Shown here: one piece after another, positions 42,927 to 51,137 of the stretch | Position numbering within the stretch: the first letter of the stretch is position 1 | How the letters are laid out: each line of letters starts with the position of its first letter | Program-made: the position numbers and the translations under genes | Assembly (NCBI GenBank): GCA_900547235.1 | Contig: URFP01000001.1 | Coordinates: forward strand, 53,359 to 117,358 | Source of the DNA: an uncultured Collinsella sp. | GTDB lineage: Bacteria > Actinomycetota > Coriobacteriia > Coriobacteriales > Coriobacteriaceae | Reading direction: 5' to 3' | DNA: 64,000 bases | Notes under the pieces: model-generated | What the model was told of the DNA's origin: nothing | Seen by the model: only the letters and a program-made list of their open reading frames with translations | Database searches by the model: none

Positions 42927-45302
42927 TTACACGAGACCATTTGCATCCATACGATGCAAGAAGGCGGCCATATCTTGTCTAACTACATCCGACATTCCGC
43001 GGAAGGTTCGAGAACCGTTGGCCTCAGCCCAACCCTCTGATACGCCATTTTCCGAAAGCCAAAGGACTTCCTCATAGTGAGGAGTGGATTCGTTAACGTC
43101 AGAAAACGGGTTCGACCTCGAAGCGACACCGCCCTTGTGCAAGTAATCCGAAAGACGCTTAAGGAAAGCCGCCATATCCTGACGCTTAACGCTATCCATG
43201 CCCCTAAATTCATAACCAGAGGATACCTTCCATCCAGTAGAGATTCCGGTCTGCGCCAACCAGCAAATCTCCTTATAGTGGGGCGTGGAAGAAGTCACAT
43301 CGATAAATGGTGAAGTTGCAGGTGCAACTAATTCGGGAGATCCGGCTAGACGATAGAGAAATGCCGCCATGTCCTGACGCTTAACGCTATCCATTCCGCG
43401 GAAAGTACGCGAACCGTTCTGTTCAAGCCAACCTTCAGATATTCCACTGTTAGCAAGCCAATGAATATCCTCTGAATGAGGAGTTGAACTATCAACATCA
43501 GCAAACTTGATATTTCCCTCAGAACCCTGTTCGGTCTTTTCTGAGGTATCGAAGAACCACCAAAGCCCATCTTTCTTTACAAGCACGAGATTTTCATTTT
43601 CAAAATCAAGGTCTTCGTAAGCATCATATTCAAACGGAACAATGACGGTACCATCGGTCTTGATTAGACCCCATTTACCATTATTATCCTTAGCCCACCA
43701 AGCATCACAGGAGGAGTGATACGGCGATGATGGCCCAAGCCGCATCTTCGATACATCAGAAGCCTGCTGACATGTCGAAATGTTATAGGAACCGACAGAA
43801 AACCGAGTTAACCCACTATCTGACAAGGTGTAAAGAGGAGTTGAGTCATAATAAAACTCGCCAGCAAGAATCAGGCCGCCAACCGATCTGATATCGGCAG
43901 AACAATCAAGCTCACCAACAACTTTTTTATTATTCAAATCAATAAACGCAGTAGAACCAGCATTATCATTTGCCGGCCCAGAAACAGATACGAAGTTCTT
44001 GCAATATTGCGACGACAGATAGCCGCCCACGCCTATTTGCGCACTATACAGTTGCTCTCCGTTTTCATCAATCAATTGACCTATGGTATCGTCAGTGCTT
44101 GCATCCTTATAAGTCAGAAGTGCGACTGGAGCGGCGTCATAAAGACTTAAGGAATCCATACTCCAAGGCACGGACACACTCCATAGCTTAAACTCAGAAC
44201 TGCTTGTATGTGACGGCATAGCTATATTTTTAATTTTATTGCCATCGACATCATAGAGCGCACATGAAGACGAAGTTGTATCCGATAAAATATAGCGTTT
44301 TGATCCATCAAAAGCAAAGAGGCCTTTAGTCCGTGAATATAGAGTGTTGCCCTTTAGTAAAGACTCAATCCACTCAACCCTATCTCCCCTACTCGAATAT
44401 ACCAACTCTTCGGAACTATCACCATATTTCCCATACTTATTAACGATGACGAATTCACCAACCACATTTTCAAGACTGCAGTCAGGCAGATGCTTGGTAG
44501 CTCCAGAGGATATAATAGTGACGCAGTGATCACTGCCACAGGAACCACAGCCGTTAATGTAATTACACACCGTATATGCATTCCCGGCGCGATCAAAACT
44601 AGAAGAATAATAGTAATCAGGCTGGCTTGAGTCGTAAGGCATAAATTCGCCTAGAACACCATCATGTATTGCAAACTGCCCCTGTCCATGATTTTGATTT
44701 GACACATTAGAGTCATCGTTATCCAGTGAATAATAGATACTTAAAGCAGAATTATCATCAGCAAATTGCATGCGGCATCCAGCGCATGCAAATGGAATCA
44801 CCGAGGAGCTGAGCTCCGTACCCGTATCAAGACTGTAAAGAGATACAACCGTCTTGCCGTCACGGATAGAAGCCTTTGCGAACAAAGTAGAGTCCTCAGA
44901 AAACTGACCCACCAAGTCGCTCGCATCGGCATTTACAATAGTACGCCGCTTCTTAATATCATAGTAACCGGAGTTCGATATGTCCTCATTCTCGCCATAG
45001 GAAAGCGCAACAAGACCTTTATCGAAACCACGCCTTGGGAAATACACACTATCGGAAATGTATGACTCCACACCTGATACGGTATTCAACAGAACATTTC
45101 CAAGAGAATCGACCAGGGCAATATGATCGCCCTTACGCATGATAGCAGCGCCATTCGACACGCCATAGACATCGTCATACACAAGACCCTTTGAATTGGT
45201 AATGCCCTTGGCGGTATATGCTTCAGATGCTACGGGTGCTAAGAAAAGTGCGATGAGGCCAACGAGAAGGCCATATACGCCCATTCTCAAACGAATTTTC
45301 AT
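42927..45302 (-). CDS. Secreted surface protein with a WG-type repeat and three C-terminal SLH domains
   Basis: Sec signal (MKIRLRM..ASEA), beta-rich body, NGKWGLIKTDGTVIVPFEYD, three F.DV..TPH..I.WL..GIS.GW..FRGM..V.RQDMAAFL repeats. Confidence 0.85.
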   Translation of the reverse strand: MKIRLRMGVYGLLVGLIALFLAPVASEAYTAKGITNSKGLVYDDVYGVSNGAAIMRKGDHIALVDSLGNVLLNTVSGVESYISDSVYFPRRGFDKGLVALSYGENEDISNSGYYDIKKRRTIVNADASDLVGQFSEDSTLFAKASIRDGKTVVSLYSLDTGTELSSSVIPFACAGCRMQFADDNSALSIYYSLDNDDSNVSNQNHGQGQFAIHDGVLGEFMPYDSSQPDYYYSSSFDRAGNAYTVCNYINGCGSCGSDHCVTIISSGATKHLPDCSLENVVGEFVIVNKYGKYGDSSEELVYSSRGDRVEWIESLLKGNTLYSRTKGLFAFDGSKRYILSDTTSSSCALYDVDGNKIKNIAMPSHTSSSEFKLWSVSVPWSMDSLSLYDAAPVALLTYKDASTDDTIGQLIDENGEQLYSAQIGVGGYLSSQYCKNFVSVSGPANDNAGSTAFIDLNNKKVVGELDCSADIRSVGGLILAGEFYYDSTPLYTLSDSGLTRFSVGSYNISTCQQASDVSKMRLGPSSPYHSSCDAWWAKDNNGKWGLIKTDGTVIVPFEYDAYEDLDFENENLVLVKKDGLWWFFDTSEKTEQGSEGNIKFADVDSSTPHSEDIHWLANSGISEGWLEQNGSRTFRGMDSVKRQDMAAFLYRLAGSPELVAPATSPFIDVTSSTPHYKEICWLAQTGISTGWKVSSGYEFRGMDSVKRQDMAAFLKRLSDYLHKGGVASRSNPFSDVNESTPHYEEVLWLSENGVSEGWAEANGSRTFRGMSDVVRQDMAAFLHRMDANGLV

Positions 45303-45439
45303 AGGAACTCCTTTTTCACTTTCCCCCACCAATAAAACAAATCTAGAGTATCAAATATATTAGGAATATGAACTTCCGATTAGGCAATTTTCGGTAAGCG
45401 TGTTAAGCAACCGAAATAAGTTACAGCAAACCGCGCAAA

Positions 45440-46351
45440 TTATAGAAGCTCGCGAAGGCTCATTCGATGCATAAACGCAGCCATATCTTGCCTCTTCACA
45501 GAATCCATGCCACGAAATGTGCGAGTTCCGTCAGCCTCAATCCATCCCTGGGTAATTTCATATTGAGATAACCACAGCACTTCATGACGATGCGGGGTAT
45601 CAGCCACAACATCAATGAATGGGTTTACGCCCTCTCCGTAATAAGGATGACCGAGATAGACGGACAAGCGGTTCAAAAACGCAGCCATATCCTGTCTTTT
45701 TACTGAATCCATTCCGCGAAAAGTTCTTGAGCCATCCGCCTCCGTCCACCCGCTAGAAATGCCCGAACTTGCCAACCAAATGATTTCCTTATAATGCGGG
45801 GTTGACTCGTCTACGTCCGAGAAAAAGCAACTTGCATTATTCGAAGTTATCGAAAAATCAGGGCTACCGGCAAGACGATACAAAAAAGCAGCCATATCTT
45901 GACGTTTCACGCTATCCATGCCTCGAAACGAATAAACCCCATTCCCTTCGTCCCAACCAGTCGAAATACCTGTTTGATAGAGCCATAAAATATCTTCCGC
46001 ATGTGGAGTAGAAGGATTTACATCTGAAAAATGATAAGACGGGGTTGGCGGGACATCAGGATTTTCAGAAGTATCGTGCACACAATTCGAGCAAGGCGTT
46101 CTACCTTCGCTCCGTGCTTCGCCAAGAGACATTGATATGGGGTTTTTCATACCAGAACAGTCGATTACATAATGATATTTCGTACCAGTTCTTGAACAAT
46201 ATACCGTTCGGTTTAAATCAACAGCAAACGCAGTTTTCGGCGCCAATGCTAAGGACGTTGCTATAGCAATAGTAATTATTAGCACTATAATTGACGGTAA
46301 TAAAAGAACGCGAAAATACCCTCGTTCTGCATTGAAATCAATTTCATTCAT
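45440..46351 (-). CDS. Secreted protein with a small Cys/His metal-binding domain and three SLH domains
   Basis: Hydrophobic signal ending AFA, VYCSRTGTKYH..C..PCSNC, Pro linker, three SLH repeats. Confidence 0.85.
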   Translation of the reverse strand: MNEIDFNAERGYFRVLLLPSIIVLIITIAIATSLALAPKTAFAVDLNRTVYCSRTGTKYHYVIDCSGMKNPISMSLGEARSEGRTPCSNCVHDTSENPDVPPTPSYHFSDVNPSTPHAEDILWLYQTGISTGWDEGNGVYSFRGMDSVKRQDMAAFLYRLAGSPDFSITSNNASCFFSDVDESTPHYKEIIWLASSGISSGWTEADGSRTFRGMDSVKRQDMAAFLNRLSVYLGHPYYGEGVNPFIDVVADTPHRHEVLWLSQYEITQGWIEADGTRTFRGMDSVKRQDMAAFMHRMSLRELL

Positions 46352-46375
46352 AGGGACCCTCCTTAAACAACTAAT

Positions 46376-47608
46376 TTAACAATCTAAAATTCGTTTATAG
46401 AAATCAGAAACACTACTTCGAATTCGATCTCTATATCTATTACGACTGTCAAGATCTTCAAAACCAAAACCGGGAGTCTCGGGGATGCTCTCGAGTGAAA
46501 TTTCATTCCATCGGGAGCCCATCCTTAAAACAGCGTTTTGCTTAATTGGGTAGTATTCTTCGTCAACATTAATAAACGCACCCGAACAGCCAAAAGAAGA
46601 AGCAATGAGATGTGGATGATACCGAGATGAAATCCACTTCTGATCACACCGCACCGGCAGACCTTCCGAAAGCAACTCAAGGGTAGAGTAAAAACGAAGG
46701 CTGTATCCTCGACCAATCAAATAGTCATATATGTATCTGTCTATAATGGGATTACATTCGACTACCCCGACAAGGTCGATGCCAGGTTTAACCCCCCATG
46801 CTTTAAGCGTACGATCAACCGCATCAAATACCAAACTCGAATCACAACAAAATTCATGCTGAACACAAACCATATATTCTGGCAACAATTCACTTGCGTC
46901 GGTTTGGATGCAATCTTCCAAGCCATTGATAAAGCAGTCATCAACATCTAAGCGTAGATTGCGAACGCCATTAAGAGCATCATAAGTATCAGCATCACGA
47001 ACCCCAACATAATCGAAGCTCTCAAAAGCAGCATTGACATACGATAGGTCATCTTTCGAAAGCGGCATCAACCCCAAACCCGTAGCAATAGCTGGAATTC
47101 CATGGTCTGTGGCCCAGCGCCCAAGTTCCAAACGCGCCAAATTAGGCTTCCAGGTCCCATTTAAATACCCGCCGCCCAAGTAATGAACGCCGGCGATAGC
47201 GTCCTCAAGCAATTTGACCCCACTAGCGTAGTGGGGATTTCCTCCTTGCCAGTCCAACGCTCGCCTAACAGCGAATGCTATCTCAGAAACTGATTCGAGA
47301 TTATGGTTGCCTTTAACAAATTCATTTTCGAAAGTAAGGCGCGCAATAGTGTCGACGCAGACTAAATTCTTATGAATACCGTACAAAATAGCTGCAGCGG
47401 AACCCGGCCTATTACAGTCAAGAATGACCGGAAGATCGGGATCAATACTCGAAATATACCGAAGCCATTCTCGGGCAATAAGTTCATCACCGTAATTCGG
47501 CCATCCGGGCTCGCAAATCAAATATAAGGCCTTGCGTTGGGGTCGAGGTTGACGACTCTGGTCAAAAGAAATAAGTTTTTGGCCAATAGAACCTAATAAG
47601 CCCATCAA
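46376..47608 (-). CDS. Polysaccharide pyruvyltransferase family protein
   Basis: GWPNYGDELI, GGGYLN, G.G..P, VRD, SSRYH motifs typical of the PS_pyruv_trans family; no signal peptide. Confidence 0.82.
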   Translation of the reverse strand: MMGLLGSIGQKLISFDQSRQPRPQRKALYLICEPGWPNYGDELIAREWLRYISSIDPDLPVILDCNRPGSAAAILYGIHKNLVCVDTIARLTFENEFVKGNHNLESVSEIAFAVRRALDWQGGNPHYASGVKLLEDAIAGVHYLGGGYLNGTWKPNLARLELGRWATDHGIPAIATGLGLMPLSKDDLSYVNAAFESFDYVGVRDADTYDALNGVRNLRLDVDDCFINGLEDCIQTDASELLPEYMVCVQHEFCCDSSLVFDAVDRTLKAWGVKPGIDLVGVVECNPIIDRYIYDYLIGRGYSLRFYSTLELLSEGLPVRCDQKWISSRYHPHLIASSFGCSGAFINVDEEYYPIKQNAVLRMGSRWNEISLESIPETPGFGFEDLDSRNRYRDRIRSSVSDFYKRILDC

Positions 47609-47683
47609 ACCTCCGCTTCAAATAAATTGGTGTACAGTATTTTAAACCAGATGACAGACCAGAAACGTCAATGATCCCAATAC

Positions 47684-47710
47684 AAAAAGGCCGGGCAAGC
47701 GACCCGGCCT
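47684..47710 (-). terminator. Terminator after tRNA-Arg(UCU)
   Basis: AGGCCGGG/CCCGGCCT stem followed by TTTT on the minus strand. Confidence 0.75.
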
Positions 47711-47719
47711 ACTCTTCTC

Positions 47720-47796
47720 TGGTGCTCCATGGCGGATTCGAACCGTCGACCTTGGGATTAGAAGTCCCCTGCTCTATCCAACTGAGCTAATGGAGC
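47720..47796 (-). tRNA. tRNA-Arg (anticodon TCT)
   Basis: 77 nt: GCTCCAT/ATGGAGC acceptor, anticodon loop CTTCTAA, GGTTCGAATCC T-arm, encoded CCA. Confidence 0.95.
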
Positions 47797-47883
47797 CTGA
47801 ATGTATACTAACAAAAGTACTATATGGCGATAGATATAAAAAGCGAATCAACCATGAAAAATAGTACGAACCAAAAAGACTTA

Positions 47884-49152
47884 TTATCCCGTTACACCAC
47901 CGAACGAAATTGAATCATAAAAAATCCTCAGCAAATGAGCGGCTTCTTCGCGCGACAAACGAGCAGAATGCACTCCATAATCAAGAAGCTCGCCGAAACT
48001 AAAATGTCGTTGCAATAAACTCAGCCATTCTATGGCATCAGAGCTCGACATGAGCTCATCACCATAAAAGGAATCCCGCTTAGCATCAAACTCAGGCAAA
48101 TAGCCTTCATTCTTAAGCCAATAAATCGCAAATGATCCAGGCGAAGAAATGTCAACGTCCAAGAAGGGATTTACAAACTGATTTTTATCCCCGTCTCTTA
48201 CATTGGGATCCAGTTCTTTGACAAGTCTAAAGACAAAAGTAGCAAAATCCTGCCGTTTAATCTTTTCCTTTCCCCTAAATTCTCGATGAGTATTATCTAT
48301 AGCCCATCCCCTTGTAATTCTCTTTTCTACCATCCAATTAATATCCTGGGCGTATTTCGAATTCCGATCAACATCAATAAAATCAAAGCTGAATTGATCA
48401 TGATAAGCGGAACATACAGTACGAACAGGGCCATCCATACGTAACTCGCCTTTTTCAATCCATATCGCACGCTGACAAATGCGTTCAACTTGCTCCATAG
48501 AGTGAGACACGAATAGAACCGTCACGTCACCACTCTCAATGAAATGATGGATGCGACGCTCGCACTTCTCTTGAAAAAAGACATCTCCGACCGAGAGTGT
48601 TTCATCGACTATCAAAATGTCAGGTTCAGTTATAGTGGCAATCGCAAACGCGATGCGTGCAATCATGCCCGACGAGAAATTCTTCAGAGGCATGTCGACG
48701 AAATTATCGAGTTCAGCAAAATCAATAATTCCATCAAAGTGTGCATCGATAAACTCCTTGGTGTACCCAAGCAGCGCACCGTTCAGATATATGTTCTCAC
48801 GAGCAGTAAGCTCAGGATCAAAGCCAGCACCAAGCTCAATCAGCGGCGCGATATTACCGTGGACCTTAACCTCGCCCTCACTGGGCTCCAAAACGCCAGC
48901 GATAATCTTGAGCATCGTAGACTTGCCGGAACCGTTGGTACCAACAAGGCCAACGACCTCGCCGCGATGCACATCAAACGAAATGTGCTTAAGCGCACGA
49001 AACTCCTCAAAGAACAGCTCGTGCTTTGCGAGCTTAATAAAGTACTCCTTGAGGTTTGTAAGCGACTCAGACGCCATATTAAAAATCATGGTGACGTCTT
49101 TAACCTCAACAGCAAGGGGCTGCTTGCTGTAATCAATAGCAGATTCAGTCAT
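47884..49152 (-). CDS. wzt: Polysaccharide ABC exporter ATPase with C-terminal SLH-like repeats
   Basis: GTNGSGKST, ELGAGFDPELTARENI, FSSGM, ILIVDE, VSH; tail FIDVD..YAQDINWM..ITRGW..FRG..IKRQDFATFVFRL; start at ATG 49152 with AAGGAG RBS. Confidence 0.92.
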   Translation of the reverse strand: MTESAIDYSKQPLAVEVKDVTMIFNMASESLTNLKEYFIKLAKHELFFEEFRALKHISFDVHRGEVVGLVGTNGSGKSTMLKIIAGVLEPSEGEVKVHGNIAPLIELGAGFDPELTARENIYLNGALLGYTKEFIDAHFDGIIDFAELDNFVDMPLKNFSSGMIARIAFAIATITEPDILIVDETLSVGDVFFQEKCERRIHHFIESGDVTVLFVSHSMEQVERICQRAIWIEKGELRMDGPVRTVCSAYHDQFSFDFIDVDRNSKYAQDINWMVEKRITRGWAIDNTHREFRGKEKIKRQDFATFVFRLVKELDPNVRDGDKNQFVNPFLDVDISSPGSFAIYWLKNEGYLPEFDAKRDSFYGDELMSSSDAIEWLSLLQRHFSFGELLDYGVHSARLSREEAAHLLRIFYDSISFGGVTG

Positions 49153-49164
49153 AAACAGCACTCC

Positions 49165-50010
49165 TTAGATGTAGAGAATAAACTTGTGCTCAGTCTTATG
49201 AAACACGGTGTAGCCAATAGCAAGAGCAAGAACAGCCCAAACAACACACAGCCCAAAGGTAAACGCAGAAGGCACGGTATTAAACAGGAAGATATCACGC
49301 ATAAACTGGAGGTAGTTGTACATGGGGTTCACAACCACAAGGACCTGGATCCAATGTGCCATTTGGCTGATAAAGTCTGTCGTCCAGAAAATCGGCGTCA
49401 AATACATCCAAGCAGTAATAACAACGCTCCACAGATGCATAACGTCACGGAAGAAGACTGCCAATGCTGACAGCATCATGCCCAAACCCATACAGAAGCA
49501 CATGAGCAACAGCAGGCAAACCGGCAGAAGAATTAAATGCCAAGTAGGAGCCACGCGGAAAAAGAGCATAACAAGGGCGACGGCAACCAAAGAGAAGGAA
49601 AAGTTGACGAGCGAGAACAACACCTTCTGCACCGGGAACACCCAACGATGCACTTTGACCTTCTTCAGCAACGAGGACGCCCAAATGATAGACATCAACG
49701 CCTGGTTCGTCGATTCGGACATGACGGAGAACGTTACGTTACCGACAATCAGGTAAAGCGGATACAACTCGGGGGTAACAGAGCCATTACGGCCTTGCGC
49801 GAAGATTGTCGAAAACACGATCGACATAACAATCATCATCAGCAGCGGGTTAAGCACGGACCATGCCACACCCAGAACACTGCGACGATATTTAATCTTA
49901 AAATCTTTGGTGACAAGCTGCTTAAGAATGAACTTGTCCTTTTCAAAATCATTTTTAGCGTGAGAGGCCGGTTTAGCCACCGCTTTCTGACTCTCTACGT
50001 TGTCAGCCAC
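49165..50010 (-). CDS. wzm: Polysaccharide ABC exporter permease
   Basis: KIKYRRSVLGVAWSVLNPLL, FFRD, YLTPIF, NPM; GTG start at 50010 with AAGGAG RBS. Confidence 0.92.
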   Translation of the reverse strand: MADNVESQKAVAKPASHAKNDFEKDKFILKQLVTKDFKIKYRRSVLGVAWSVLNPLLMMIVMSIVFSTIFAQGRNGSVTPELYPLYLIVGNVTFSVMSESTNQALMSIIWASSLLKKVKVHRWVFPVQKVLFSLVNFSFSLVAVALVMLFFRVAPTWHLILLPVCLLLLMCFCMGLGMMLSALAVFFRDVMHLWSVVITAWMYLTPIFWTTDFISQMAHWIQVLVVVNPMYNYLQFMRDIFLFNTVPSAFTFGLCVVWAVLALAIGYTVFHKTEHKFILYI

Positions 50011-50171
50011 GGACCATCTCCTTGTCTCGTAAAACATAACAGTGGAAAGTATAGCCCTCCCACGTAGACGATAACTCACCGCAACAAATCTGGAGAACTA
50101 ACCCATATCTAATCAAAGGGGCAGGCGATAGGTATACTTTCGACCAGATGAGTCATTAAAGGAGGTCCTAC

Positions 50172-51101
50172 ATGGACTATTCGAGTACCGCCGTCATAAT
50201 CCCCTGTTACAACGAAGCGTTGACGATTGGCAAAGTTGTCGACGATTTTCATCGAGAGCTGCCCGGCGCAACTGTCTATGTTTACGACAACAACTCGTCC
50301 GATGACACTTCACAGGTCGCCAAGCAGCACGGGGCTACGGTGCGCCACGAGCCTAGGCAGGGCAAAGGCAACGTGTGCCGCCAAATGTTCCGTGATGTCG
50401 ACGCCGAATGCTATCTAATGGTTGATGGAGACGACACTTACCCCGCCGAGGCGGCAAAGGCGCTTTGCGAGCCCATCCTTAACGGCGAAGCCGATATGAC
50501 CGTTGGCGATCGCCTGTCAAACGGCACCTATGCCGAAGAGAACAAGAGGGCCTTCCACGGCTTTGGCAACAATCTTGTTCGCGTCATGATCAAGTGGATT
50601 TACGGCTACAGCTTTGACGACGTGATGACCGGCTACCGAGCCATGAGCAGACCCTTCGTCAAGACCTTCCCCGTTTTGAGCGAGGGCTTCCAGATTGAGA
50701 CCGAGTTCTCCATCCACGCTGTCGATCACCGCTGGCGAATTAAAGACGTGCCGGTGGAGTATCGCGATCGGCCCGCAGGCTCCGAGTCCAAGCTCAACAC
50801 CGTTAGCGACGGCATCAAGGTCATCGCAATGATTGGAACACTCTTTAAAGACTATCGTCCGCTCAAGTTCTTTACCCTTATAGCGCTCATCTTCGCCATC
50901 ATAGGCCTTGCCCTCGGAATTCCAATTGTTGTGGAGTACTTCCAAACCGGCTTAGTCCCCCGCTTCCCCACGGCCATACTTGCGGCCTCATTCATGTTCC
51001 TGTGTGGGTTGAGCCTAGCAACGGGACTAATCCTCGACTCAGTTGCAAAAGTCGAAAGAAAACAATGGGAGTTACAAGCCTATAAAACCTATTCAAAATA
51101 A
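50172..51101 (+). CDS. GT2 polyprenol-phosphate glycosyltransferase with two C-terminal TMs
   Basis: IPCYNEA, DNNSSD, GKG, VDGDDTY, DVMTGYR, GFQIETE, SKL; two hydrophobic helices. Confidence 0.88.
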   Translation: MDYSSTAVIIPCYNEALTIGKVVDDFHRELPGATVYVYDNNSSDDTSQVAKQHGATVRHEPRQGKGNVCRQMFRDVDAECYLMVDGDDTYPAEAAKALCEPILNGEADMTVGDRLSNGTYAEENKRAFHGFGNNLVRVMIKWIYGYSFDDVMTGYRAMSRPFVKTFPVLSEGFQIETEFSIHAVDHRWRIKDVPVEYRDRPAGSESKLNTVSDGIKVIAMIGTLFKDYRPLKFFTLIALIFAIIGLALGIPIVVEYFQTGLVPRFPTAILAASFMFLCGLSLATGLILDSVAKVERKQWELQAYKTYSK

Positions 51102-51137
51102 GAAGAGGTCCGGACTTAATCCGGACCTCTTCTTATT
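51097..51137. terminator. Bidirectional terminator
   Basis: Perfect 18-bp inverted repeat AATAAGAAGAGGTCCGGA/TCCGGACCTCTTCTTATT between convergent genes. Confidence 0.85.

Noticed and set aside
42930..46036. Regularly spaced ~30-bp DNA repeats resembling an array
   Set aside because: They are in-frame parts of SLH protein repeats; there is no spacer structure or cas gene, so this is not CRISPR.
41180..47720. Integrase-type island inserted at tRNA-Arg(UCU)
   Set aside because: No integrase, and I found no duplicated tRNA 3' end (att site) at the far boundary.
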